64,000 bases of DNA from Leptonemataceae bacterium (GCA_965227295.1 OZ245742.1:5088001-5152000); one strand, 5' to 3'. Counted from the first letter of the stretch, positions 29,979 to 40,254 are shown. The notes: generated by a model from the sequence alone, not told the origin. Program-made: numbers and translations.

Positions 29979-30974
29979 TCATGGGGAGGCGGAGACGGGA
30001 ACGCCGGATTCGATTTTCATTTGCTCGCCGCCGCTGTCCACGATGATGCCGTCGTGTTGCTCGCCGTTTTGAAACGTACCTTCGAAACGACGACCGTCGG
30101 CGTAGTAGAGGGTACCGGGGCCGGAGAAGACGTCGTCCGCAAAGGAACCCTCGTAGCGCAGGAAGTCCGGGTCGTCGCCGCGGTAGTGCATAACGCCCTG
30201 GCCTTCGAACTTACCGTACACGAACTCGCCGACGTAGCGTCGACCGTCCGCGAATAGATACGTGCCCTTGCCGTGAAACTTGCCTTCTACGATGGGCCCG
30301 ATGTACTTTTCGCCGATCAAACCTTCGAGGCGCTGGTACGAGTGCACGCCGTACACGCGCTCACCTTCTTTGAACTCGCCCATAAACGTATCCCCTTCCG
30401 GCCAGAGTAAGACGCCTTTGCCGTGGAACTTGCCGTTCTTGAATTCGCCGAAGTACTTGTATTGAAACTCTTTACCGGTGCTTTCCACGACACGCTCCGC
30501 GTATCCGTAACCGTTGAGATCGTCGTCGATGTGTTCGGCGATGTACGTGCGGCCGTCGGGTATCGTCAGCACGCCAAGGCCGATGCGATCGTCCTCTTTC
30601 CACTCGCCGGTGTACTGTTGCCCTTTGAACTGCCCGCCGGTGTAGGTGTACGTGCCGTGACCGTCGTAGTGACCGTTGTCGAAGTTGCCGGTGTAGCGGC
30701 CGTTTTCAATTTCGTACGTCCCCTGGCCGTGGCGGCGGTCGTAGAGCCACTGACCTTTGTAGTAGGCGCCGTCTTTATAGCGCATCTCGCCGAAGCCGCT
30801 GCGCTCGCCGTTCAGGAACTGCCCTGTGTAGGTGCCCGTGAGGAGTTTCATCGTGCCGGTGCCGTTCGTGCACTTTCCGGACGTGCAGACGCCGGGGGTG
30901 AGTTCGGGGGCGGGCGTGCAGGTGAGGAGGGTGAGGGTGAGTGCTATGAATGATGGAACAAGGGATTGGCTCAT
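29979..30974 (-). CDS. MORN-repeat lipoprotein
   Basis: MSQSLV...LLTC, CTSGKCTNGTG, MORN repeats; ATGA overlap with the stop of 30971..31624. Confidence 0.85.
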   Translation of the reverse strand: MSQSLVPSFIALTLTLLTCTPAPELTPGVCTSGKCTNGTGTMKLLTGTYTGQFLNGERSGFGEMRYKDGAYYKGQWLYDRRHGQGTYEIENGRYTGNFDNGHYDGHGTYTYTGGQFKGQQYTGEWKEDDRIGLGVLTIPDGRTYIAEHIDDDLNGYGYAERVVESTGKEFQYKYFGEFKNGKFHGKGVLLWPEGDTFMGEFKEGERVYGVHSYQRLEGLIGEKYIGPIVEGKFHGKGTYLFADGRRYVGEFVYGKFEGQGVMHYRGDDPDFLRYEGSFADDVFSGPGTLYYADGRRFEGTFQNGEQHDGIIVDSGGEQMKIESGVPVSASP

Positions 30975-31624
30975 AGTTCGATGACTTCTTCGATAATGGA
31001 GGTGTCGAGGCGGGAGGAGTCGATGAGGTAGAAATTCGTCCCCACCGATTCCTGGTCGTTGTTCATGGCGAAGCCGATGACAATCGAGTGCCCGTGCTCG
31101 AATTCTAATTGTACGCCCCCCCAGCGATCCGGGCGGCCAGTGTATTTCTTGATTCGCTGAGTTCGCAGCAATCTTCCATACAGGACTCTCTTCCCGACGC
31201 ACCTCTGGACCACGTCATTCGAAAGATCTGGATGCTCCCGTGTGTCTATGCAAAGATAGTTACCGCGGTCATTACGGAAATCACTTACAAAAGACTGACC
31301 CGCGTCGTGTACAAAGACATCGCCAAATTCACATCCATACGCAAAAGCAAGACCGGAATCATCCGATGCCGTGAGTATAATAATCCCCCCACTTTCGGCA
31401 ATCAGACTACTGACATCAAGACTCTGCCCGTAGAGACTTTGCTTGATGTCACGACTATACTCTATGAGTTCCTCAATAGTCAGATGGCCGCATGCCACAA
31501 AAGGCGCCACACGCACAACGCTTGTCACGACCTTCCCCTTAAATTCACGAATCAAATCAGAGGCACTCGCCGCGTCCCTCCAGTGGGGGCTGGCCAGAGT
31601 GCGATATCTTCGGCTCACGATCAT
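30971..31624 (-). CDS. Putative immunity protein for paralog 3
   Basis: 4-nt overlap with the toxin stop; visibly lower GC; alignable to 9308..9940. Function inferred from position. Confidence 0.65.
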   Translation of the reverse strand: MIVSRRYRTLASPHWRDAASASDLIREFKGKVVTSVVRVAPFVACGHLTIEELIEYSRDIKQSLYGQSLDVSSLIAESGGIIILTASDDSGLAFAYGCEFGDVFVHDAGQSFVSDFRNDRGNYLCIDTREHPDLSNDVVQRCVGKRVLYGRLLRTQRIKKYTGRPDRWGGVQLEFEHGHSIVIGFAMNNDQESVGTNFYLIDSSRLDTSIIEEVIEL

Positions 31625-34600
31625 TGGCTATCCTTCAGCGTGATCCCCTGTGCCTCTGCCGCAGCGAGCACCTGCCTGATCATTGAATTTAGCTCTTCTA
31701 AGGACTTCTCCTTTCCCCCAGGTGTTTTAACCAATCCGTCGATATCATCAAGGTAAAAGTCGCCAGTCTTATAGTCAACGATACCTTCAAGATCTTCAAG
31801 ACCACCATGCTTCTCAATGAATAGCTTCAAGTCATCTAGTTGGTTCTTGAGGTTTTGCAGTTGCGTTTCTTTCATCTTGGTTAACAGCGTATGATAAAAC
31901 GTTCCCGCGCTTTCATCGAAGAAGCCCGCATCGCCGATGGCATCGGTGGATACCGCATTGGGAACCTTCTTTTTCAGAAACGCGATACAGTCTCCTGTCG
32001 CCCCCGCATCGCCCTGACACGGAATTCGCATCGGCGCAACATCAGTCCATACAACCTTGAATCGCAGGTTTTTCATAAGAGGGTTCTTATTCTGTGCGTT
32101 CCGAGCTCTCCTGACCACAAATTGATCCGCGATTTGCTTCTGCACTTTGGCCATGGTCAAGGCCGATTCATTTGTAACCATAGCGAGAATAACATTGGGA
32201 TGACCTTTCACATCGAAAATCACCTTATCTTTTCCTCCGACCTGCTTCCCTTTTGAATTCGTGATCTTAACCAGCTTGTTCGGGTTCTTCCGCAGATCCT
32301 TCGGAAGGATACGTTGAAAAAGCGGAGCTCGATTTTTCGGAGCAATATTATCCAGAGGACTGTAGCAGTTATGAACAAGAATCTTCTGCTTACCGGCGAA
32401 GAAGTTATGATGTTCCTCAACATCGATATCGTAACGCAGCGCGGGCTCGGCCAGAGGCTCTTCCCGAATCGCCCGGACAGGGATATCGCTGCCGTCCGCC
32501 GAACGCAGTTGCATACCGACCCGAAGATTCTCTACGCGAATCCACGTTTCGTTCTCCGGAACCCAGAAGCGGTGATTTCCAGTCACGACCAGAGTTTCAT
32601 CACCAACTGTCAGATGGAACCAGTGTAAGGTTTCTAGTTCATAAGCCTGAACAACCGATCGAGAGTATTGGCGACTCCGGAACGGATCGAAAGCAACCAC
32701 CGCCTCACCGGCTTCAATGGCTTCAATGGTCCTAAAACCGTCCGGCGTTAAGACTACCGTTCCCGCTGCAAAACAACTCCTGGTCGGGCAAGGATCGTAA
32801 CCGTTCCCATCCTCATCCTGCGCCTTACGCTTCGCCTTCTCATTGGCAATGGCTTTCTCCTGCTCCGCCTTACTGTACTCGCCCGGTTTTTTCCGCGGCG
32901 CCTCAATCTCACCACGCTTCAACGCCTTTTTGGCCTTTGTAACTTTGTCGGCCCCGATCCGAAAGAGCGCCTTGAACGGCCGCGCAAACATACTGGCCAC
33001 ACCGGTACCGATCGTCAGTGCGGCCGCAAGGTTCTCGCCGGCGTATATTTGCTTCGTCGCTTCAAAGAAAGTCTGCACATCGCCGACGACCGGAATCACG
33101 CCGAGAGCCAGGTTATCAATGAACGCGATGCCGGGATCCGAAACCGCGAACTCATTGATCGCGTCCATGCCGCCGCCCTTCAGCGCCTCGCCGATAGCCG
33201 CGAGCGCGCCTTCCAGCGAAGCCACGGTTTCCCGCGAGTACTCACTCGCCAGGTTCTGCGCATTTTCCAGGCCTTTGCGTAAATCGTGGAGCAGGTCGCG
33301 ATCAATAGCCTTCGTACCCAGCGGCTCTCGCAGATAAGCCTGGAAATCGTCGGTCTCTTTCCAGCGATCAATGAGGTCTTCCGAAGTCCGCGCGTTTTCC
33401 GGTTGCATTCCGTAACAAACGGAACGACTCGCGGTGCAGTAACGCACGCGATCCCGGCGCGGACCGCGGAGGTCCGCTTTATACTCTTCGCGCTTGAGGC
33501 CCAGCGCCGCAGCGGCGCGATCCCGATACTCTTCGATCGCCGCGAGGTCGTCGGTATCGACCTCGGTCTGCATGATCGTCTCTTCTTCTTTCTTGATTCC
33601 CCAGTACTCGTTGAACTCCGCCTGTTCTTTCGCGTTCAACTGCTGCGCCCAGACACCCAGCTCTTTGCCGTCGGCGTCCCAAAATTTCGTATGCGGAACA
33701 TCTACGAGTTGGGTGATGATCCGACCATTGCGTGAGGACTTGACCTTACGATATTCTTTGCGAAAAATCTGCTGTTTGACGACACCGTTGCTCTGGAACG
33801 TCAGCGTCTGACGCTGGCCGTCAACATAGCGTTCAAAGTACGTGGACTCCCCCAAAAGGCTGGACTTCTTCTTCCAGACGTTGCCCGCGGGATCGGTGTA
33901 CGTGGACTGAATATTGATCTCGGCGGTTTGCATCCGCTTGAAAAGCTTCGGGGCGCCGCCGCCTTTGATGTAATAACCGTGGCGGACAATGTTGCCGTTC
34001 GCGTCCCAGATTTTCGCACCGGCATAGTCTCCATTGGAGTGCCAGATGTCCTGGCGCAGCAGTCCCTCGTCCGTATAGATCAGCCTGTGCCGACGGCCGT
34101 CATCAAAGGTGGCCGCGAAGTATACCTGGCCGGAAGCCCGGTCGGTATGGCGACGCCAATAAGCACCCTCTTCGCCCAGCGCGGGTTGCCTGGGGATTCC
34201 GCTCTTGACTCCGGCATTAATATCGCGCGTGAGGCTTTGTGAAAAGAGCTTAGCCGGCTTCGGTTTGGAAGATGCCGCCGGTGCAGCCGCGATGGGCTTC
34301 GGGCGATTCGCGTCGTCGTTGTTGTTATTCGGCGGCGGTGCATTCGCAATCGGCTCCGAGTCCTCGTCATCCGTCGCTACGGTGTTCGTGGAATCGTCAG
34401 TCGGCCGTTCGTCCTCGGGCGGCGGGACCTCCCCATTGCGGTCGCCCGTAATGCTCTCAATGATCGAAGCAATGTCGCCGCTGCTGCTTTCGCTATCGGA
34501 GTTATCTACGTCATCGTCAGATCCGAAGACGTCCGGGAACATCTCGCCGAGATCCGGAGCATTCGAGAAAGGATCGTCTCCAAAAGGATTCAGGTCTACG

Positions 34601-37600
34601 TAGTCGCCTGGATTATTGAGCAGATCCTCCGCAGCGGCGACCTGACTTTCAATATCGTCGAGGTTCGAAATCGTTTCGAACTGTTCCGTCAAATCATCCT
34701 GCAAACCCTGCGCGTATGGACTGGTAAGCCCGTCCTGCTCGTTGTATGCGAGTAGATCGTCTCCCGCCCCGCCCAACGCCGCGGTAAATCCGTTCTCACT
34801 ATCATACCCAAAATCCAGATCACCGGCGGACCAATCGCCTCCGAAACTCAGTCCATCTTCGTCCTGGCTGAAGTCCATTCCGTACCCGGCACCGTCGACA
34901 CTCCAGCCATCCGCGCTGTCGTATGAAAACGACCCGGTTACCCCGCCGACATCATAAGAGATATCACCGGTATTATAACCGAAGCCGTTTTCCGAATCGT
35001 AGGTAAGATTGCCGAGGCCTGAATCCAGAGACCCATACGCCTCCCCGGTCGTAAGATTGTACCCGGCCTCCCAGTCATCGCCGCCGGTGCCGATCGTTAA
35101 TCCATCTTCACCGTAACCTAAGTCGAGGCCGTAACCCTCGCCGTCCATCTCCAGACCGGTGGCGGTGTTGTACGAAACATCCCCGGTAAAACCGCCGATG
35201 TCGTAGCTGATCGACGGCGTGGAGTAACTGAAGCCGTTGTCCGAGTCGTAGACTAAGTTCCCGTACTCCGAAGTTAGCGCCGCGCCGATGCCGTTCCCAT
35301 CGGAGACGTTCAGGCCGAAGCCCATATCGTCGGTTCCGAAGCTGAGGTTGCCGGCCAGGTTCCCGTCCGCGCCCACGGCGAAACCCGCGTTCCAGGTATC
35401 GCCGGACAGGCCGGCGCCGTACGAGGTAATGCCCTCGCCTTCCTGAAAGTTCATGTTCAGCCCGAGCTGCGGACCGCCCTCGCCCAGCGGGATGCCGACG
35501 CCCACCGAACCGCCGTAGCCGTCTTCAAAAGAATAGCTGAGACCGACGTTCACACCGTACTGCGACGTGAACGCATTGAGCGCACCGGACGCCGAGCCGA
35601 CGAACGCACCGGTCGTCCCGCCGTTCAGAGAACCCAGGTACGTTTGCTTCGCCGAATTGTAAGCCATCCAGATCGCCGTGCCGAGACCGGGGATGATGTT
35701 CCCCACGGAGTTCAACAAAATGCCCGCCGCCGTTTCACCGATGGTCATGGCCGTGTTTAAATCACTATGATATTGCTGATTGCGCCAGGCGTAGGTCAGC
35801 GCACCGCCGAGCATGTCCTCCGGCTGAAAGCGCGCGGCCTCACGACGATCCTGACGATACTGAGCCTTGGCAATCTCGGAGCTGACCCACATGCTGACGA
35901 GCTGCGTGACATCGTCCGAAAGATTAAACGTGTTCTGCACGTTATCCCAGAACACCGACTCGGCCCACGAACCCAGGGCCTCACCGACGTCGGCGCCGCC
36001 GAGTAAGGCCGAAAGAAACGTCGCCGGAACGCCGGTCATCTCTTCCAGTTGCGATGCGAATTGCCCGCGCACGTGACTTTCCAGCGCGCCGCCGAAGGCC
36101 GCGTGAAAGGACGCGCCGCCGAGCATGCCGAGGATCGCGGACTTCATGAGTTTTTTCATGAGCGTCACGCGCGCGGCGGCATCTTGCGCGTTTTCGAAGT
36201 AGCGGTCCCAACCGCTCTGAGCGATGCGGTTCGCCTCGACGACGTTCTCCTGAACGCCGGCGAGCTGTTCCTTAAACTGCTGCTGATTTTCTTCTAAGCC
36301 GTCGTAGAATGATCCGACGACCTCGCCCGTATCCCAGACGTCGAACAGGTCCGGCGTGGACACAAGTTGCACGGCGGAGGGCGCGGCAATGACGACGGAT
36401 TGATTGTAAGTGGCCGCCACGTAGTCGTTCACCGAAGAACCGTCGCCGCCGATCTGAATCAGCTCGCCGTTTGCAATCGCACGGTTCGCGACGATCTGAC
36501 CGCCCTGATCTTCAATCGTGAACTGAAACCGTTTCGCGGCGTCCTTGCGGTCCTTCTTGTCCTGCAACGCCTCGATTTCTTCGCCGTGGACGTCTTCCAG
36601 GGCCTCGTTTGCGTCGACGAGCCCTTCGAGGTACTCGAGGCGCGCCTTATCCTCCGCCGAGAACGGGCGCAGGTCCTCCTCCGAATACGGATTCAGCACG
36701 GACGAGATCGCCTCAAACTGCTTTTGTCTAATATCTAATGCCTGAGAGTTTAGCGTATCCGCCACCGCGAAGTTCAGCGACCCCTGCAGCGACTGCTGAA
36801 TGCCCTGTTCGAACTTCGCCAGGTTCTCCAGGTCCGGCCGGTTGCCCCGCCCGCGATTCAGAAACTCCGCCGAAAGCCGCGGCGCCGCCGCCGCGCTGGC
36901 CGCCGCAATGCCGTCCCGCTCTTTTTCGAAGGTCTTTGTGATCTGCGCCCAGTCGCCCTCGCCGGAACGATACTCTTCTTCCATGCGCGCGAGCCAGCGA
37001 TTGCGGGACTGCACGAGATCGGCCTGGCCGCCCTGAAACGCCGCGGCGGCCGTCGCCCGCTGCACGTCGGCCTCGGCCTGCCATGCCGCGTAATCGGCCC
37101 TGTACGTCGCGACCTGGGATTCCCAGTTCTGAATGGCCGGCAACAACTCGTCGCGCCAGCGGGTGAGCATGCCGCTCAGGGCGTTGTTGTAATTGCTCCA
37201 GATGTCCCGGTTGTTCTCGGCGTTGGGATCGTGCCAGTCGTAATTGACGACGATTCGGAAATAGGATTCGGGAATATGGCGCGTCCAATTTCCGCCGCTG
37301 GTAGTTGTTATAGAGTTACCCGGTTTCTGAGTTGGATTCGACGTTTTAATGACTGAGTAATCAATATCCTGACTCCTGAGAAAAACGGATGTTCCTTCAG
37401 TAGAATATGCGCCTTGCGAATTCAGAATATCTTCGGCCGTTTTTCTTTTTTTTATACTACTTCCGTACGCGCCCGTATTGGACAAATTATAGTAAACCGT
37501 ATGGGCCAGGGGATTAAGAGCTGTAGCCCCAAATATATCAACACCGTTTAGCGAGGAAATGTTTCGGAACTCACTGAATGCGGTCCGCAATGTAGATAAA

Positions 37601-38799
37601 CTCCCATGATCATGGTAGTCCGAGACTGCTTGCACATGGCCCAGAGTCATAATAGAGGCAACAAAGGCATTTTGGTTGGTCGGGAGGGTTCGATCAGGGC
37701 AGCTTGCACTGGTGCAACCGTAGTAATCATTCGTTGGCAACCGCCAACCTGTGTCTATGATCTGATCATAGTTCACTGTCCCGTTAATCAACCCATTCCA
37801 GTACGTCGTCCGCGCCGCCGCCTCCGCCTGGCGCCGTTGCATGTAGTCCGTCATCTGGACGGCAATCGCCGACAGGGGCGCGTCGTTTGCTAAGTCCTGT
37901 TTAATTGAAGCTAAAAGATTCTGCAACTCGGTGCCGGCGGCGTTCAGTTGATTCATGTCCGTCGAGCAATTCGAGCCGTGCGGGCCGCCGCAGGTTTCCT
38001 GGTAGAAGAAGCCGTTGTTCTGCAAGAGCGATTCGAGATTCGCAACGGTGGACTGAATGCCGTCGCGCACGCGCTGTTCGTAGGCGTCGATCTGTTCCAG
38101 GCTGCTCTGGAATTCCGCGTCTTTCAGCGCGAGTTCGTTCAGCAGCGACGTGTACTCCTGCTGCAACGCACCGAGGGCGAGCTGATACTCCGCGAAACCG
38201 GACTGCATGCTCTGCTGAAATTCTTCGTCCCACGCCTCGCGGTCGCCTTCCATCTCGGCGCTTGTGCTGTTTGGATCGGTGGCCGTCGTGCGCCCGCTAT
38301 CGATCGCGTCGTCGGAATCTTCCTGCGCCTCCTGCAACCGGCGATCCGAAAGATCGCTGAGAAACGCCAAACGCTCGCCTTCGATCTCCGCGTCGAGGGC
38401 CAGCTCCCAATCCGCAAAGGCCTCTTGCTTTTGTACGAGCAGTTCTTTGCGCAGATAGTCGCGATACTCCTGGGGCGAATTGAAATGATCGCTTTGCGTA
38501 ATACTGGAGAGATGACCTTCGATCTCCGTATTGACCGCGGCTTCCCACTGCGCCGCCAGCGTGAACTTGCCCTGAGAGATGACGTACTCCCACGTCTGCG
38601 CCGACTGACTGTTCGTCGCGATGTTGAAAACAGGATCCAGGGTGCCCGCCGAGTGCGCCGGCGCATTCAGATTCGGCACGGGCGCCGGTTGCGCCAGAAC
38701 CACGCCGGGGGCCACGGTCCAGACGATCATGGACGCGGCCAGAACGGCGGCCGTCCAGCGCGCGAAGAGATTGTATCGTTTTCGACGGTAAAGAATCAT
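31621..38799 (-). CDS. Giant TIGR04388-like polymorphic toxin (paralog 3, 2392 aa) with Hint and kinase-like C-terminus
   Basis: Signal peptide VLA|QPAPVP; shared motifs WEYVISQGKF, QSDHFN, LPAIQNWE; Hint CFAAGT...LVHN at 32368..32775; 248-aa C-terminus. Confidence 0.85.
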   Translation of the reverse strand: MILYRRKRYNLFARWTAAVLAASMIVWTVAPGVVLAQPAPVPNLNAPAHSAGTLDPVFNIATNSQSAQTWEYVISQGKFTLAAQWEAAVNTEIEGHLSSITQSDHFNSPQEYRDYLRKELLVQKQEAFADWELALDAEIEGERLAFLSDLSDRRLQEAQEDSDDAIDSGRTTATDPNSTSAEMEGDREAWDEEFQQSMQSGFAEYQLALGALQQEYTSLLNELALKDAEFQSSLEQIDAYEQRVRDGIQSTVANLESLLQNNGFFYQETCGGPHGSNCSTDMNQLNAAGTELQNLLASIKQDLANDAPLSAIAVQMTDYMQRRQAEAAARTTYWNGLINGTVNYDQIIDTGWRLPTNDYYGCTSASCPDRTLPTNQNAFVASIMTLGHVQAVSDYHDHGSLSTLRTAFSEFRNISSLNGVDIFGATALNPLAHTVYYNLSNTGAYGSSIKKRKTAEDILNSQGAYSTEGTSVFLRSQDIDYSVIKTSNPTQKPGNSITTTSGGNWTRHIPESYFRIVVNYDWHDPNAENNRDIWSNYNNALSGMLTRWRDELLPAIQNWESQVATYRADYAAWQAEADVQRATAAAAFQGGQADLVQSRNRWLARMEEEYRSGEGDWAQITKTFEKERDGIAAASAAAAPRLSAEFLNRGRGNRPDLENLAKFEQGIQQSLQGSLNFAVADTLNSQALDIRQKQFEAISSVLNPYSEEDLRPFSAEDKARLEYLEGLVDANEALEDVHGEEIEALQDKKDRKDAAKRFQFTIEDQGGQIVANRAIANGELIQIGGDGSSVNDYVAATYNQSVVIAAPSAVQLVSTPDLFDVWDTGEVVGSFYDGLEENQQQFKEQLAGVQENVVEANRIAQSGWDRYFENAQDAAARVTLMKKLMKSAILGMLGGASFHAAFGGALESHVRGQFASQLEEMTGVPATFLSALLGGADVGEALGSWAESVFWDNVQNTFNLSDDVTQLVSMWVSSEIAKAQYRQDRREAARFQPEDMLGGALTYAWRNQQYHSDLNTAMTIGETAAGILLNSVGNIIPGLGTAIWMAYNSAKQTYLGSLNGGTTGAFVGSASGALNAFTSQYGVNVGLSYSFEDGYGGSVGVGIPLGEGGPQLGLNMNFQEGEGITSYGAGLSGDTWNAGFAVGADGNLAGNLSFGTDDMGFGLNVSDGNGIGAALTSEYGNLVYDSDNGFSYSTPSISYDIGGFTGDVSYNTATGLEMDGEGYGLDLGYGEDGLTIGTGGDDWEAGYNLTTGEAYGSLDSGLGNLTYDSENGFGYNTGDISYDVGGVTGSFSYDSADGWSVDGAGYGMDFSQDEDGLSFGGDWSAGDLDFGYDSENGFTAALGGAGDDLLAYNEQDGLTSPYAQGLQDDLTEQFETISNLDDIESQVAAAEDLLNNPGDYVDLNPFGDDPFSNAPDLGEMFPDVFGSDDDVDNSDSESSSGDIASIIESITGDRNGEVPPPEDERPTDDSTNTVATDDEDSEPIANAPPPNNNNDDANRPKPIAAAPAASSKPKPAKLFSQSLTRDINAGVKSGIPRQPALGEEGAYWRRHTDRASGQVYFAATFDDGRRHRLIYTDEGLLRQDIWHSNGDYAGAKIWDANGNIVRHGYYIKGGGAPKLFKRMQTAEINIQSTYTDPAGNVWKKKSSLLGESTYFERYVDGQRQTLTFQSNGVVKQQIFRKEYRKVKSSRNGRIITQLVDVPHTKFWDADGKELGVWAQQLNAKEQAEFNEYWGIKKEEETIMQTEVDTDDLAAIEEYRDRAAAALGLKREEYKADLRGPRRDRVRYCTASRSVCYGMQPENARTSEDLIDRWKETDDFQAYLREPLGTKAIDRDLLHDLRKGLENAQNLASEYSRETVASLEGALAAIGEALKGGGMDAINEFAVSDPGIAFIDNLALGVIPVVGDVQTFFEATKQIYAGENLAAALTIGTGVASMFARPFKALFRIGADKVTKAKKALKRGEIEAPRKKPGEYSKAEQEKAIANEKAKRKAQDEDGNGYDPCPTRSCFAAGTVVLTPDGFRTIEAIEAGEAVVAFDPFRSRQYSRSVVQAYELETLHWFHLTVGDETLVVTGNHRFWVPENETWIRVENLRVGMQLRSADGSDIPVRAIREEPLAEPALRYDIDVEEHHNFFAGKQKILVHNCYSPLDNIAPKNRAPLFQRILPKDLRKNPNKLVKITNSKGKQVGGKDKVIFDVKGHPNVILAMVTNESALTMAKVQKQIADQFVVRRARNAQNKNPLMKNLRFKVVWTDVAPMRIPCQGDAGATGDCIAFLKKKVPNAVSTDAIGDAGFFDESAGTFYHTLLTKMKETQLQNLKNQLDDLKLFIEKHGGLEDLEGIVDYKTGDFYLDDIDGLVKTPGGKEKSLEELNSMIRQVLAAAEAQGITLKDSQ
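32368..32775 (-). other. Hint domain of paralog 3
   Basis: CFAAGTVVLTPDG...VTGNHRFW...YDIDVEEHHNFFAG...LVHN|C. Confidence 0.9.
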
Positions 38800-38951
38800 C
38801 CTGTCACCCGGAGCGCCGGTCAGGCTAAACTGTGGATACTAATGATACTTTACCACATTGCGGAAATTCCGCTGCGATGGCAAGGACCTCCTCGAAGGTG
38901 AGGATTAGAAAACGGTAAGCAGCGAAAGCAGGGTGGGCCGGTACAAGAAAT

Positions 38952-38989
38952 TGCGGATTGGCTCAAACGGCAGCTTGAGCCAATCCGCA
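38952..38989. terminator. 15-bp perfect inverted repeat (terminator-like)
   Basis: tgcggattggctcaa-N8-ttgagccaatccgca between the porin gene 3' end and the paralog 3 start. Confidence 0.55.
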
Positions 38990-39035
38990 TCTATAGGGAG
39001 GAAACAATCACGAGTGCAGACAACGGGGGGTGAAT

Positions 39036-39063
39036 TCGGAGGGGGCGAAAATGCCCCCTCCGA
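39036..39063. terminator. GC-rich hairpin downstream of porin gene
   Basis: tcggagggggc-gaaaat-gccccctccga. Confidence 0.5.
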
Positions 39064-39090
39064 TGTGTTGTGCGTCACACACCCATTGAC

Positions 39091-40221
39091 TTAGATGCTG
39101 AAGCTGTATCCTACGCTGAGCCACCACAGGGTCCGCGGCATTTTCTGACGCGGAGTGTAGCTGTAGGTGCGTCCCGACGTACCCATAGTGGTAGCGTTCA
39201 GGAAGTTACCGATCGCGCCATTCACTGCGGCGTTCAGCACACCGTTGTTCAGTGACGGATCCGCTACGAGACCGTCGCCGTAGGTTGATTCACCATCAAT
39301 CCACGCGGGAACGGCTTCGCCGTAAGAGTCCTCACCGAGCAGTTGCTCGTGGAAGGCAATGTTCGGGCGAACAGCAAAGTTATACGCCAGGTAAAAACCA
39401 TATGCGCTAATACCAATGCTACCCGTTACGTCCTGGACACCTTTGAGGTTTTCCCAGACGCCGTAGCCGACACCAACACCGTAGTCCAGAGAGATACCGT
39501 CTGCGATGTCGAAGCTGGAACCATAAGAAAGGTTATAGTACTGCTCCGAGCTGTCGGTCTCACTGTACATCGTCAGCGAAAGATCCGGGAGAAACGGCAG
39601 CGCATAGCTTACGAAGATTTCCGTAAGTGCGAAGCCGGATTTTGCCCGGGTGTTCGGCTGCATGTAGTTTACGATACCGAAACCCATGTAGCCGACCGTC
39701 GTGTCCGCTTCATAACCGATGGTCATGTCCACTTCGTCGAGGCGATCCAGACCGTTTTCTTCCCGATAGTAACCGGGGAAAGCGCCCAGATCGTCCAGCG
39801 GCGTCGTAAGCGACGGGAATGCAGCGTTCGTCCACACTTCCGTCGGCTCAATGGAATCGCCACTGGGACCGGTTTGGAGCAATCCATCCGTATCCTGGTC
39901 GCTGCGTCCTTCCATGGCGAACGAGCCCCAGATGTTGAAGTACAGACCCTCTACCGGCGTATTGAAGTTAATCGAGGGCTGAAACGCCCATGCGCCGGTG
40001 TGGGCTCCGTAGCTTTCACCCTTTTGCGAGGCTCGGTTCGTGAAGAAATCGGTTCCACGGAACACATAATTAGATACAAACGCCAGATCGACGTCAACGC
40101 TACCTTCCGGCAGTGCGTCATCATCCGCGGCGGGCGCAGGATCGATATCGTCCTGTGCAAATACCGGGAATGAGACCAGTGCCAGAAGTAAGCTAAATAC
40201 TGTGACTTTTTTTATCATCAA
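39091..40221 (-). CDS. Outer-membrane beta-barrel protein (TorF/TIGR02001-like)
   Basis: Signal peptide; VDLAFVSNYVFRG; FNIWGS; EVDMTIGY; C-terminal SVGYSFSI beta-signal. Confidence 0.7.
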   Translation of the reverse strand: MMIKKVTVFSLLLALVSFPVFAQDDIDPAPAADDDALPEGSVDVDLAFVSNYVFRGTDFFTNRASQKGESYGAHTGAWAFQPSINFNTPVEGLYFNIWGSFAMEGRSDQDTDGLLQTGPSGDSIEPTEVWTNAAFPSLTTPLDDLGAFPGYYREENGLDRLDEVDMTIGYEADTTVGYMGFGIVNYMQPNTRAKSGFALTEIFVSYALPFLPDLSLTMYSETDSSEQYYNLSYGSSFDIADGISLDYGVGVGYGVWENLKGVQDVTGSIGISAYGFYLAYNFAVRPNIAFHEQLLGEDSYGEAVPAWIDGESTYGDGLVADPSLNNGVLNAAVNGAIGNFLNATTMGTSGRTYSYTPRQKMPRTLWWLSVGYSFSI

Positions 40222-40254
40222 CTCACTTCCTCCGTTGTGCAGTTAACTGTGCTA

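Noticed and set aside
9948..38799. Giants as Rhs, CdiA, RTX or phage tape-measure proteins
   Set aside because: No YD repeats or DPxG core, no TPS domain or TpsB, no GGxGxD nonamers, no phage genes; Sec-type signal peptides present.
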